DNA of 64,000 nucleotides from Leptospira sp. GTDB lineage: Bacteria > Spirochaetota > Leptospiria > Leptospirales > Leptospiraceae. A program made the translations under genes and the position numbers. Of this stretch, positions 31,092 through 41,288 are shown piece by piece. The notes under the pieces were generated by a model. It was not told where the DNA came from. It saw only the letters and a program-made list of their open reading frames with translations, and made no database searches. Every line of letters starts with the position of its first letter. Positions within the stretch are counted from its first letter, which is position 1. Where the stretch lies: NCBI GenBank assembly GCA_034439575.1, contig JAWXAQ010000030.1:218475-282474 (forward strand). Reading direction: 5' to 3'.

Positions 31092-33025
31092 CCATGTCCA
31101 GGGATAGAAATGATGTATTGGAATTTTTAATCGAGGCGCGTGAGATACTCACCGCTATCGAAGAGGGACTATTATCATTTGAAAAAAATCTCAATTCTGG
31201 TGCAAGGCCTGATAAAGAAATTCTAAATACTTTGTTTCGACATTTCCATACGATCAAAGGGAGCTCTGGTTTTTTTGGTCTGACTGGAATTGTTAAAGTG
31301 GCGCATGCGGCAGAAAATTTATTGGATTTTCTTAGAAATAATCCAGAAAGTCAAGATAATGAAACGTTAGAATTATTAATTGAAGGCCATGACACCTTGG
31401 TCTCGTTAGTTGATGAAGAACAAAATAATCCAAGCGATGGTGATATACATTCGGAAGCACAATTTAGCTACATTACAAAGGTAAATTATAAAAACGAAAC
31501 CATTCGATCCAATATTCCGATGATTTCTCCATTAAGCAAAGTTGAAACAGAAGAATTTGGTATTTTTTTACCACCTAAGACTGATCAATCAGAAGTGATC
31601 AAAGAAGAATTTGGACTCTTCTCTGAGTCAAAAAAAGAGACGGAAGAATTCGGTTTATTTGGAAACAATAATACGCAAAATCAAGAATTTGGATTATTTG
31701 AAGCCAAAGTTATACCTCAGAAAGTAGAAGAATTTGGACTATTCACTCAAAATATAACAGAGATTAAGTCAAATTCAAATTCTGAAGCGACAAAAATTTT
31801 AAATAATACTCCGATTAAATCAGACATTCGTATTGATACGGACAAATTGGATGCTCTACTCGACATTGTCGGGGAAATCGTGATTAACGAACCGATGGTA
31901 ACAAATCATCCTGAATTATCGGGATACCATCTTGATAACTTCCACAAAACAGCGATTCAACTAAAAAAATTAGTTAAACAATTACAAGAGATCACTCTCA
32001 GCCTAAGAATGGTACCGATTTCTGGTGTTTTTTCTAAAATGGAAAGATTGGTTCGAGATACGGCCAAAAAAACAAATAAGTTAGTCGAGCTTCATATTTC
32101 TGGTGAAGATACTGAAATCGATAAAACCATCATCGAAAAAATTTATGACCCTCTTGTGCATATTCTACGTAATGCGATAGATCATGGATTGGAAACTTTG
32201 GATGAAAGAAAGGAAGCTGGGAAAAACACAACAGGAAATATTTATTTAGAGGCGATGCAATCCGGTAAGGAAGTTTGGATTTCTGCATCAGATGATGGAA
32301 AAGGATTGAGCAAAGAGAAAATTATAAACAAAGCTAAAAAATTAGGTTTGATCCCCTATTCAACTAACGAAGATTCAATGTCAGATAATGAAGTTTGGGA
32401 TTTTTTATTCAATCCAGGTTTTTCTACTGCAGAATTTGTAACTGATCTATCTGGTCGAGGTGTCGGACTCGATGTAGTGAAAAAAAATGTTACAGCTCTC
32501 AATGGGTTTATCAATGTTAGTTCAAGTTTTGGTCAAGGAACCACATTTCTAATCCGACTACCTTTGACATTAGCCATCATAGAAGGCATGGTTGTTCAGA
32601 GAAAAGATGATTATTTCATTTTACCTACAATAGATGTCAAAGAGACCCTCTATTTAAAAAACGACCAATTCAAAGAAATATATCACAATAATTTCATGTT
32701 TGCTTATCGAAACGAAATGATTCCAATAGCCGACTTAGATCTGTTATTTGGCCTTGAGTCAAGTTTATATAACTTTGAACCAAAAAGTATTTATGTAATA
32801 ATCGTTGAAAATGGTGATAAAAAAATTGGAATCCCTTTTGATTTAATCATAGGAAACCAATCTATTGTGATCAAACCACTATCTCCTATTTTCAAAAATA
32901 TCAATGGGTTAGCCGGTTGCACAATTCTTGGGAATGGACAAGCAGGATTAATCCTAGATGTGCGTAAACTTGTAAGCAATTACTTTCAAAGCGATTTATC
33001 TAAAGTATTAACACATGAAATATAA
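31088..33025 (+). CDS. cheA: Chemotaxis histidine kinase CheA (no obvious P2 domain)
   Basis: Hpt FRHFHTIKG, HILRNAIDHG, DDGKGL, GFSTA, SGRGVGLDVV, LPLTLAI, C-terminal CheW domain. Confidence 0.97.
   Translation: MTMSRDRNDVLEFLIEAREILTAIEEGLLSFEKNLNSGARPDKEILNTLFRHFHTIKGSSGFFGLTGIVKVAHAAENLLDFLRNNPESQDNETLELLIEGHDTLVSLVDEEQNNPSDGDIHSEAQFSYITKVNYKNETIRSNIPMISPLSKVETEEFGIFLPPKTDQSEVIKEEFGLFSESKKETEEFGLFGNNNTQNQEFGLFEAKVIPQKVEEFGLFTQNITEIKSNSNSEATKILNNTPIKSDIRIDTDKLDALLDIVGEIVINEPMVTNHPELSGYHLDNFHKTAIQLKKLVKQLQEITLSLRMVPISGVFSKMERLVRDTAKKTNKLVELHISGEDTEIDKTIIEKIYDPLVHILRNAIDHGLETLDERKEAGKNTTGNIYLEAMQSGKEVWISASDDGKGLSKEKIINKAKKLGLIPYSTNEDSMSDNEVWDFLFNPGFSTAEFVTDLSGRGVGLDVVKKNVTALNGFINVSSSFGQGTTFLIRLPLTLAIIEGMVVQRKDDYFILPTIDVKETLYLKNDQFKEIYHNNFMFAYRNEMIPIADLDLLFGLESSLYNFEPKSIYVIIVENGDKKIGIPFDLIIGNQSIVIKPLSPIFKNINGLAGCTILGNGQAGLILDVRKLVSNYFQSDLSKVLTHEI
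31550..31744 (+). repeat. Five (E/Q)EFG(L/I)F peptide repeats in the CheA linker
   Basis: EEFGIF, EEFGLF, EEFGLF, QEFGLF, EEFGLF separated by 7-12 unrelated residues. Confidence 0.85.
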
Positions 33026-34052
33026 AGCAATTATTGTCGATGACCAAAGAAGTGTCCGCCAAATGATAAAAAGGTGGATTGAAAATACTGGTGAATGGGA
33101 AGTCGTTGGTGAAGCATCAAATGGAATAGAAGCATCAGAACTTTTAAACACTCAGAATGCAGACGTTATGACTTTAGATGTCCATATGCCTGGAATGAAT
33201 GGATTGGAATTTTTAAAACAAATATTTCCGAAACACTCACTCAAAGTGATCATGTTTAGTTCTTTAACACAAGAAGGTGCGAGAACTACTTTAGAAGCAT
33301 TGGAAGCTGGAGCGTTTGACTTTGTCACAAAACCCAATGGAACACCTACAAGTATAGAAGAAACAAAAATAGACCTAATTTCAAAACTAAATGAAGCAGT
33401 CAAATCACATAGCTTATATAAGGTGAATACTTCAAACGCAAGCATTAAGAAATATTTTTATCCAACAAATACTCAAACTTCTAAAAAATTAATCGCCATT
33501 GCATCATCAACTGGTGGAACAACAGCACTATCAAAAATTTTCTCAGAAATAGATGGCAGTTTACCTCCAATTGTCATTGCACAACACATGCCACCTAACT
33601 TTACGGCGATGTTTGCTTCTCGATTAGCCGCGACGTTAGGCTTGAATGTACAGGAAGCAAAGGACAATCAGCTCTTAACAAATGGTAGCATTTTTATTGC
33701 GCCAGGAGATTTTCATTTAGGGATAAAAAAGGTCGGTTCAGATTTATATACCCAAATAACCCAATCAGAAAAAGTAAATGGGCACAGACCATCAGCTGAT
33801 TTTTTATTTGAGTCAATTCTTGAGCAAGGATTGGCTAAATCTACCTTAGGGATCATACTTACTGGAATGGGAGGGGACGGAGCGAAAGGACTGTTAGGCC
33901 TTAAAAAAAATGGATCTATCACTATCGGCCAAGACGAAGCCAGTAGTATCGTATATGGCATGCCAAAAGTAGCATTTGATTTAGGTGCAGTTGATTTTCA
34001 AGTTTCCTTAGATCAAATATCAGAGAAAATTTACTCATTGGTAAACACATGA
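33015..34052 (+). CDS. cheB: Chemotaxis methylesterase CheB
   Basis: REC domain plus ASSTGG, QHMP, RPSAD, LTGMGGDGA, VYGMP. Confidence 0.97.
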   Translation: MKYKAIIVDDQRSVRQMIKRWIENTGEWEVVGEASNGIEASELLNTQNADVMTLDVHMPGMNGLEFLKQIFPKHSLKVIMFSSLTQEGARTTLEALEAGAFDFVTKPNGTPTSIEETKIDLISKLNEAVKSHSLYKVNTSNASIKKYFYPTNTQTSKKLIAIASSTGGTTALSKIFSEIDGSLPPIVIAQHMPPNFTAMFASRLAATLGLNVQEAKDNQLLTNGSIFIAPGDFHLGIKKVGSDLYTQITQSEKVNGHRPSADFLFESILEQGLAKSTLGIILTGMGGDGAKGLLGLKKNGSITIGQDEASSIVYGMPKVAFDLGAVDFQVSLDQISEKIYSLVNT

Positions 34053-35305
34053 TTCCGCATATATTAATTTTTGATAATGACAAAGATCTTAAACCTAATT
34101 TCACAAATTTAATTATAGAATCAGGTTTTACATCCGAACAAGTAACGACAGAGTCAGAGTTTTGGGAAAGGCTTAAAGTGGAAAGATTTCAAATTATACT
34201 CTTTGATCCATTGATTATTAAACCCAGCGGCGAAGCGTTTTTAGATAATATAAAGAAAAGTCATCCGGATCTTTTGGTAATTCTAACATCACATGAATCT
34301 AACTGGAAACAGGTGGCACATTTACTTAGAGAACATAGAGCATATGATTTAGTGACAAAACCAATAGATTCTGGTTTATTTAAAATTTCCATAGAAAGAG
34401 CTTTTGATTATTTAGAAGTAAGAAATAAAGCAGAAACAGTGCTTCAGGGCGAAAGTTTACTTTATAAAAACATGATTGAAATCTTCAATTGGAAGAATTC
34501 TATTTCTAATAAAGGAACAGAAAATATAGCAGGTGATTTAATTCACCAAATGAACATTAGCTTATTTCAAGGTAGCGGAATTGGTACATTAATGAGCATC
34601 GTAAGTGTATTGATGAGTAAGGCCAAACTTGATGAATCCGAATCTAACTACATTGTCCCAAAAAATATTTTTGCTTTGCTTGGTGAGAACTATGACGCGG
34701 CGCAAGGAATGTTTGATAGTATGTCTATTTCCCAAAGTGTTATTGAAGATTCGAATTTTGTCGAAACGCAAGAATCACCTAACATTTTAAATGATATTGT
34801 TGAAAATGAAATAAAGGCATTGCATGGAGCTTTGGAAATCAAAAATCAAAGAATCAAACAGAGTTCAATGCCTATTGGCATATCCAAACATCAGATCGTA
34901 TTAAGTGTGGAAAAAATGCGAAAAGCCATTCGTGAAATTCTTGTTAATGCTTTGAAGTATTCGAGAGAGAATGATCAAATATTTATATTATATTTTCTAA
35001 AAGATAATTTTTTTGAACTAAAAGTAATTAACCCTGCCTATACAAATGATGATGGAACTATCGGAATCTCAGGTAAACAAGAACAATTGGTATTCGAACC
35101 TTTTTATCGTCTATCATCCGTTATGAATGACAATTATGTTAAATATGAGTATTTCAGATTTGGCCTTGGATTACCATTAGCAAAAAAAATTGTAGAGCAG
35201 CACAAAGCAAATATTGAAATTTACACAATTGACAACAATATCCGAGATCAAAGAGCCAAAGATATTTGTCTTACCATTCGATTTCCATTAAAACAAAAAG
35301 CCTAG
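34049..35305 (+). CDS. Hybrid REC-HATPase protein with atypical kinase motifs
   Basis: N-terminal REC; EILVNALKYS (N box), VFEPFYR (F box), FGLGL (G2). H box and G1 box are divergent. Confidence 0.75.
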   Translation: MIPHILIFDNDKDLKPNFTNLIIESGFTSEQVTTESEFWERLKVERFQIILFDPLIIKPSGEAFLDNIKKSHPDLLVILTSHESNWKQVAHLLREHRAYDLVTKPIDSGLFKISIERAFDYLEVRNKAETVLQGESLLYKNMIEIFNWKNSISNKGTENIAGDLIHQMNISLFQGSGIGTLMSIVSVLMSKAKLDESESNYIVPKNIFALLGENYDAAQGMFDSMSISQSVIEDSNFVETQESPNILNDIVENEIKALHGALEIKNQRIKQSSMPIGISKHQIVLSVEKMRKAIREILVNALKYSRENDQIFILYFLKDNFFELKVINPAYTNDDGTIGISGKQEQLVFEPFYRLSSVMNDNYVKYEYFRFGLGLPLAKKIVEQHKANIEIYTIDNNIRDQRAKDICLTIRFPLKQKA

Positions 35306-35314
35306 GAGAATTAT

Positions 35315-35677
35315 ATGGCAAAAATATTAACAGTAGATGATGCACCGGCTGTTCTAAAGATACTTAATTTAGTTTTAACTACTGAAGGACATGATGTCGT
35401 ATCGGCACCTAACGGCATGGAGGCTCTAAAAATACTTGAATCACAAAAATTTGACATTGGAATTTTTGATGTGAATATGCCTGGTATCACAGGTATAGAA
35501 CTGACAGGGAAAGTTTTGTCGGATCCTAAACATAATGATATGAATATTATCATGTTAACTACTGAGTCAAGTGAAGAAATGAAAAAAAAAGGACAAGAGG
35601 CAGGTGCTATCGGTTGGCTTGTAAAACCGTTTGCAAATGAATCGCTAGCGAAGTTAATTCAACAGATTACATCTTAA
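35315..35677 (+). CDS. cheY: Chemotaxis response regulator CheY
   Basis: ILTVDD, DVNMP, MLTTES, GWLVKPF. Confidence 0.92.
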   Translation: MAKILTVDDAPAVLKILNLVLTTEGHDVVSAPNGMEALKILESQKFDIGIFDVNMPGITGIELTGKVLSDPKHNDMNIIMLTTESSEEMKKKGQEAGAIGWLVKPFANESLAKLIQQITS

Positions 35678-35687
35678 TATTTTAATT

Positions 35688-38156
35688 ATGGATTCGCTCA
35701 TCTTATTTTGGGCGGTAACGTTCAATTTAATTATAACAATTGCTCTTTTTTTTACATATCGAATTCAAAATAACCATCCAGAAATTAAACCTTTAGCGAT
35801 TTCGTTTTTCATAGCAGAGATACGCTATTTTTTAATCTTATCATTTAATAATGGTAATTTTGAAATTGAAAATTTTATATTTTTATTATCCGAGATTCTA
35901 CAAAACCTTTCTGGAATTTATGTGATAGAAGCATACTTAAAAAATTCAAATATCATAATTTCTTTATATAAAAAGATTATCTTGTTTTTTTTGTTATGCG
36001 CAGTAACTTTATTTTTTATAATTTTCACAAAAAACACAATGTATGCAAGCATTCCAAGCACATTATGTTTGGCGATAGGATACTTACTCTTTGCTATCTC
36101 CATTTTAAAAACCCCAAAATATACTCGTGGATTAAGTATTTTAATCGGAATTTTGGCGATAATTTTGTGTCTACATAGATTGGATTTCCCCTACTTTTTC
36201 TTTAATCCACATCTACGTAGTATTGGAATACTCATCAATTGTTCTCTATTATTAGCATTCGGAATTTCGATTATCATCGGCAGCTTTATACAGCAACATC
36301 ATGAATTAGAATCGACATTCAAATCATTGTTAAGTACAAGAATTGCCCTAAAAGAAAATGCTAAAAAATTAGAAGTGATAAATAATTTTTTACCGGCAAT
36401 AATCTATAGCATTGATATTAGAGAAATTCCAAAGTTTTTATATATCAACAAACGCGGCGAACAATTGCTCGGATATACCTTTGTCGAATTTTTAAACCGA
36501 AAACATTTTTTAGAAGAGATCACTCATCCTGAAGATCGCGATAAAATAGTAAACATGATAAATGGAGAAAGTTCCATTCTTATGCGATGGATATGCAAAA
36601 ATGGAAAAGTTATTTGGTTAGAACATTTCATAACTTGTTCTCAGGAATTGAATGAAGGTATAAAAACCATAGAAGGTATCGCCATTGATATTACTCGATC
36701 AATAGAAACCGAATCATCTCTGTTAACTGAAAGAAATTTCAATATAACAATTTTTGAAAATACCGCAAGCCTTATCATCCTCACTGATTTACAAGGGAAG
36801 GTTTTAAATTTTAATACTGCCGCGGAAAAATTGACTGGTTATTCTAAAGCTGACGCCATCGGAAATTTCTTTTATGATTTATTGGTATTGGAATCAGAAA
36901 GAAATAATTTTAAAGAAATCATTAGTGAAATAGATGAATTTAAAGATATTGCAGATGGTATCACTCTTCGGTTTCAATCCTCAAATGGTGAAATGAAATA
37001 TCTGGAGTGGAGAATCGGAACTGTCAGTGATACAAAAAGTAAGATAACAAATATTATTTGGCTAGGTATCGATCAAACTAAAAAAAGGAAAGCTGAATAT
37101 GATTTAAAAGAGTTAAATAAATCATTGGAAAGTAAGGTTGAACAAAGGACATTAGAAATCAATAAATCAAATCTAGAATTACGAGAAACACTTTCTACAT
37201 TAAAAGAAACACAATCAAAGTTGATTCAATCGGAAAAATTGGCCTCACTTGGTCAATTAATTTCTGGTCTATCACATGAAATCAACAACCCCATTGGTGC
37301 CATCAAAGCATCGAATGAGTACTTATCGCAAGAATGGAAAGAAAGATTGGACCTTGACCTAAAAAAATCAGACATAAAATCAAATTTGATTCAATTCATA
37401 AATGATGGTAATCTGGGAGATAATCCAGCGACTGGTTTAAAAAATAGAAAGCTACGATTAGAATTAATTGAAAAATTAAAAGAATTAGATTTTAATTTTC
37501 CAGAACTTTATGCAGAATTATTTGTAGATAACGCGCTTCAAAACATTCCTGATAATTTTTTAAATTTAATCAAATCAAATGACACAATGGAAACATTTCA
37601 AGAAATTCGTAAGTTATTATTTACCGAAAGGTCACTTCAGAATACTAGAAAATCAATAGATCGATTAACGAGAATTACATATGCGTTAAAAAATTTTACG
37701 GGGATGCAAGGAAATACAGAACTTACTCCGAATAACTTAGAAGATACGATTCTCTCTGCAATAGCAATTTATAAAGATTTTTTTCAGAAAGGAATCAAAC
37801 TACAAACAAATTTTTCTTTTACTGGACATTTTCATTGTAGTCCATCCGATCTAACACAGGCTTGGTCACAATTAATTTGGAATTCAATTCAATCTATGAA
37901 TCAAGTAGGCACTTTAAAAATAATTACCTATGTCAGTGACGATAAAATCAATATAGATTTTATAGATAACGGACCAGGAATTGCCCAAGAAATCATACCA
38001 AATCTTTTTAAACCATTTTATAGCACAAAATCAGCTGGGGATGGGCTAGGTCTCGGTCTTTACTTAGTTAAACAAATTATCGATAGACATAGTGGTTTTA
38101 TTCAGGTCAGCACAGATACGGACCAAACTAAGTTTAATATTTCATTTCCTAATTGA
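35688..38156 (+). CDS. Membrane-bound PAS-PAS sensor histidine kinase (NtrB-like core)
   Basis: About 7 TM helices, HPED PAS, second PAS, EKLASLGQLISGLSHEINNP, DNGPGI, GLGLGL. Confidence 0.92.
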   Translation: MDSLILFWAVTFNLIITIALFFTYRIQNNHPEIKPLAISFFIAEIRYFLILSFNNGNFEIENFIFLLSEILQNLSGIYVIEAYLKNSNIIISLYKKIILFFLLCAVTLFFIIFTKNTMYASIPSTLCLAIGYLLFAISILKTPKYTRGLSILIGILAIILCLHRLDFPYFFFNPHLRSIGILINCSLLLAFGISIIIGSFIQQHHELESTFKSLLSTRIALKENAKKLEVINNFLPAIIYSIDIREIPKFLYINKRGEQLLGYTFVEFLNRKHFLEEITHPEDRDKIVNMINGESSILMRWICKNGKVIWLEHFITCSQELNEGIKTIEGIAIDITRSIETESSLLTERNFNITIFENTASLIILTDLQGKVLNFNTAAEKLTGYSKADAIGNFFYDLLVLESERNNFKEIISEIDEFKDIADGITLRFQSSNGEMKYLEWRIGTVSDTKSKITNIIWLGIDQTKKRKAEYDLKELNKSLESKVEQRTLEINKSNLELRETLSTLKETQSKLIQSEKLASLGQLISGLSHEINNPIGAIKASNEYLSQEWKERLDLDLKKSDIKSNLIQFINDGNLGDNPATGLKNRKLRLELIEKLKELDFNFPELYAELFVDNALQNIPDNFLNLIKSNDTMETFQEIRKLLFTERSLQNTRKSIDRLTRITYALKNFTGMQGNTELTPNNLEDTILSAIAIYKDFFQKGIKLQTNFSFTGHFHCSPSDLTQAWSQLIWNSIQSMNQVGTLKIITYVSDDKINIDFIDNGPGIAQEIIPNLFKPFYSTKSAGDGLGLGLYLVKQIIDRHSGFIQVSTDTDQTKFNISFPN

Positions 38157-39177
38157 TATTTACTTTTCCCGAATGATCCACTTCACCGATTACAAATGCT
38201 TCTTCACCTAACATTTTTAATTTCTTCAAAATAGAATCTTCATCATTTTTCGAAACAATCAAAACAAATCCTACACCCATATTAAAAGTTGAAAACATAT
38301 CGTTTCTATCAAGTTTGTAGTCTTTTTCTAATTTTTCAAAAACTATGGATTTTGGAATTTGATCAAAATGAATTGTTACGCCCATTCCTTTTGGCAAAAC
38401 ACGAGGGATATTTTCATAAAATCCACCACCCGTGATATGAACCATACCTTTAATAATTTCAGATTCCAAAAGCGATAAGATTGATTTAACATAAATTTTT
38501 GTAGGCACAAATACATGTTCTTTTAAAAAATCTAAAGCCGATCCATTTGGTAATTTACCATCCGGCAATAACAACTTTCGGATCAGAGAAAAACCATTGC
38601 TATGCGGTCCAGAAGATTTTAGACCGATCACTGTATCTCCGACCACAATATTTTTGCCATCGATCATTTTATCTTTTTCTACGACGCCAACGACAAAACC
38701 AGCTAAATCATATTCATCAATGCCCATTAAACCTGGATGTTCCGCCGTTTCACCACCTACCAGCGAACAGTCAGCTTGGCGGCACCCTTCAACAATACCT
38801 GACACGATTTTTTCCATTTTTTGAACATTTAACTTTCCACATGCGATATAATCTTGAAAAAATAAAGATTTTCCTCCATTAACAAGTATATCGTTCACAC
38901 ACATTGCGACCAAATCGATGCCTATTGTATTATGAATATCCAATAATCGTGCGATTTCTAGTTTTGTTCCCACTCCATCAGTTCCAGATAATAAAATAGG
39001 TTGATTGTAAGATTTCAAAAAACTAACATCATAACAGGCGGCAAACCCGCCAAGTCCACCCAAAACATTCTTTGAATGAGTAGAAGCTACATTTTCCTTA
39101 ATTCTTTGAATAAATACTTGTCCCTTTTCTGTATCAACACCGGCTTCTTTATATGAAATATTTATATTTTCAGACAT
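38149..39177 (-). CDS. purM: Phosphoribosylformylglycinamidine cyclo-ligase
   Basis: YKEAGVD, TDGVGTK, GIDLVAMCVND, GGETAE, HSNGFSL, HITGGG, TFNMG. Confidence 0.98.
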   Translation of the reverse strand: MSENINISYKEAGVDTEKGQVFIQRIKENVASTHSKNVLGGLGGFAACYDVSFLKSYNQPILLSGTDGVGTKLEIARLLDIHNTIGIDLVAMCVNDILVNGGKSLFFQDYIACGKLNVQKMEKIVSGIVEGCRQADCSLVGGETAEHPGLMGIDEYDLAGFVVGVVEKDKMIDGKNIVVGDTVIGLKSSGPHSNGFSLIRKLLLPDGKLPNGSALDFLKEHVFVPTKIYVKSILSLLESEIIKGMVHITGGGFYENIPRVLPKGMGVTIHFDQIPKSIVFEKLEKDYKLDRNDMFSTFNMGVGFVLIVSKNDEDSILKKLKMLGEEAFVIGEVDHSGKVNIN

Positions 39178-39970
39178 TTATTTGATTTCCCATAGTTTGA
39201 TTTAGTGAAATAGTATATGATTTTGCAAATTCAGAGACAATATCTTCTGTTATACGAACATACTTTGAATCTAAAGTATTTAGAAAAATATCTAAGGTAT
39301 TATTTCCTTCACCAAATAGTTTAAGTGAATTTTTTATATGTGATGAAGTACCAAAATTTCCATCATAGATAAGAATTTGTGGATATTTTTTTCTAATTTT
39401 ATCTTTTAAAAATATATAGTGAGTACATCCGAGGACTATGATATTTGTTTTTTCAAGGATAGATTGGATTTTAGAATCTAAGTAGTCCCATGCTTCCTCC
39501 CATTTCCCATCATCGATCAATTTTGCGAGTCCCTCACAAGGGACTGGTATGTACTCGTTATTTTTTTCTAATTGTTCTAATAGACTTTTGAACTTTTCTT
39601 CTTTTAACGTAAGCTTGGTGGCAAAAACCGCAATGGCTTTCCCTGGATTGTCACTGGAAGCTGGTTTGACTGCGGGTTCCATCCCGAATATAGGCACCTT
39701 ATGTGTTTCGCGTAGAAAATTAGCCGCAGCGGAAGTAGCAGAATTACAGGCAAAAAGTATCGCATCCGAATTCTTTTCTAATAAAAAATCGAAAGCTGAT
39801 TTTGAAATTTGTATCACTTCTTCTTTCGTTAAATTCCCATAAGGGCCATTTTCTAAATCAGCAAAATAAATAAAATGACATCCCGTAGTCATTGACCAAA
39901 GAGTTTTTAATACGGAAAGTCCTCCGAGGCCTGAGTCAAACAATCCGATTGAATGTTTACCATTTAACAC
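39170..39970 (-). CDS. murI: Glutamate racemase
   Basis: FDSGLGGLSV, PYG, ACNSA, LGCTHY. Confidence 0.95.
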   Translation of the reverse strand: MLNGKHSIGLFDSGLGGLSVLKTLWSMTTGCHFIYFADLENGPYGNLTKEEVIQISKSAFDFLLEKNSDAILFACNSATSAAANFLRETHKVPIFGMEPAVKPASSDNPGKAIAVFATKLTLKEEKFKSLLEQLEKNNEYIPVPCEGLAKLIDDGKWEEAWDYLDSKIQSILEKTNIIVLGCTHYIFLKDKIRKKYPQILIYDGNFGTSSHIKNSLKLFGEGNNTLDIFLNTLDSKYVRITEDIVSEFAKSYTISLNQTMGNQINV

Positions 39971-39974
39971 AAAA

Positions 39975-41276
39975 CTACGATCCTAAATACTTCCGAATCG
40001 AATTTGATAAAGTTTCATAAATCCATTTGAATTTTTCAGGATTTTCTTCTAAAAGCGTAACTCTAAATCCGTTTCTCGAACAACAAAATGAGCTTAAAGG
40101 TACAACACAAATTCCGGTAGAAGCTAATAGGTGCAATACGAACCTTCTATCTAGTGCGGCTTTTGATAACAGAGGCTCTACATAAGCTTTCACATCTGCA
40201 TTATCGATCGGTAAAGACATTGTATTTTTCAACGCCCCTTCTTCAAAGAGCACAGTTAGATAAAAAGCCCCTTTGGGTTCAATGACTTTAACTCCTGGAA
40301 TTCCTTGGAATGCCATTGTCGCTTGGTGTGCCCTTTTTTTAAACTTTTCATTTCTCTCTTTTAAATGTGTGATAAATTGGGGATGCGAGTATACTTTTGG
40401 GATAGATAATTGAGGAAGAGTTGTAGAACAAACTTCCAACATTTTAGCATCTAACAAAGACTTTATGTATCTATCAAATGTAGCATCATTCTTTCTATTA
40501 AAAATTTCTAACCATCCACATCTCGCGCCTGGCCAAGGAAATTCTTTAGAAATGGATCGTAAGGCAAACCCACATACTTTGTCACCTATCACTTCAGATA
40601 AATGAACAGAACCCCACTCAGAATAATTTACATGAGCATAGGTTTCATCACAAATAAGTATGATATCATACTTTTCGCAAAGTTTAACGATTTCTCGCAT
40701 TACATCTTTTGAATATACTGCACCAGTCGGATTATCTGGATTTATAAGTAAAATTCCTGCGATAGAATCATTGTACTTAATTTTATTTTCAATATCTTCT
40801 AAATCCGGCATCCAATCGTTATTAGGATTTAATTCATACGTTAGGTGTTCGTAACCAGAGTGAGCGGCTTCTGCAGAAGATAACGTAGAATAGGCGGGAG
40901 ATGGTCCGAGAATTCGTGCTTCTCTGCGCATAAATCCAAAAATTTTTGCTACAGCATCTCCGAGACCGTTAAAGAAAAGAATATCATCAGATGATATTTG
41001 GGCTCCACCTCTTTCATTCACTCTTTCGCTTAAAAATTTTCTAGTTTCTTCGTCACCTTGTGTGGCAGTGTAGGCCCATGAACGATTTTCTTCGACTAAG
41101 CCTTGTACGATGGCCTTCATCCAAGATGGTACAGATTCGCCCTTTTGGATCGGGTCTCCAATATTTTCCCAAGTAATGGGAACGCCTAGGTCTTGAATTT
41201 TTTTTGCGATGCCTACAATTTGACGAATTTCATAAATCAATGCGTCAGCACCTGAATGGACAATATTTCTTCTCAT
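39975..41276 (-). CDS. PLP-dependent aminotransferase class I/II
   Basis: NIGDP, INPDNPTG, DETY, SISKEFPWPGARCGW, PKGAFY. Confidence 0.92.
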   Translation of the reverse strand: MRRNIVHSGADALIYEIRQIVGIAKKIQDLGVPITWENIGDPIQKGESVPSWMKAIVQGLVEENRSWAYTATQGDEETRKFLSERVNERGGAQISSDDILFFNGLGDAVAKIFGFMRREARILGPSPAYSTLSSAEAAHSGYEHLTYELNPNNDWMPDLEDIENKIKYNDSIAGILLINPDNPTGAVYSKDVMREIVKLCEKYDIILICDETYAHVNYSEWGSVHLSEVIGDKVCGFALRSISKEFPWPGARCGWLEIFNRKNDATFDRYIKSLLDAKMLEVCSTTLPQLSIPKVYSHPQFITHLKERNEKFKKRAHQATMAFQGIPGVKVIEPKGAFYLTVLFEEGALKNTMSLPIDNADVKAYVEPLLSKAALDRRFVLHLLASTGICVVPLSSFCCSRNGFRVTLLEENPEKFKWIYETLSNSIRKYLGS

Positions 41277-41288
41277 TATGCTTCTAAC

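Noticed and set aside
31550-31744. Repeat-spacer pattern as a possible mini CRISPR array
   Set aside because: The repeats are about 18 nt, in frame inside cheA and vary at synonymous positions; no cas genes are present.
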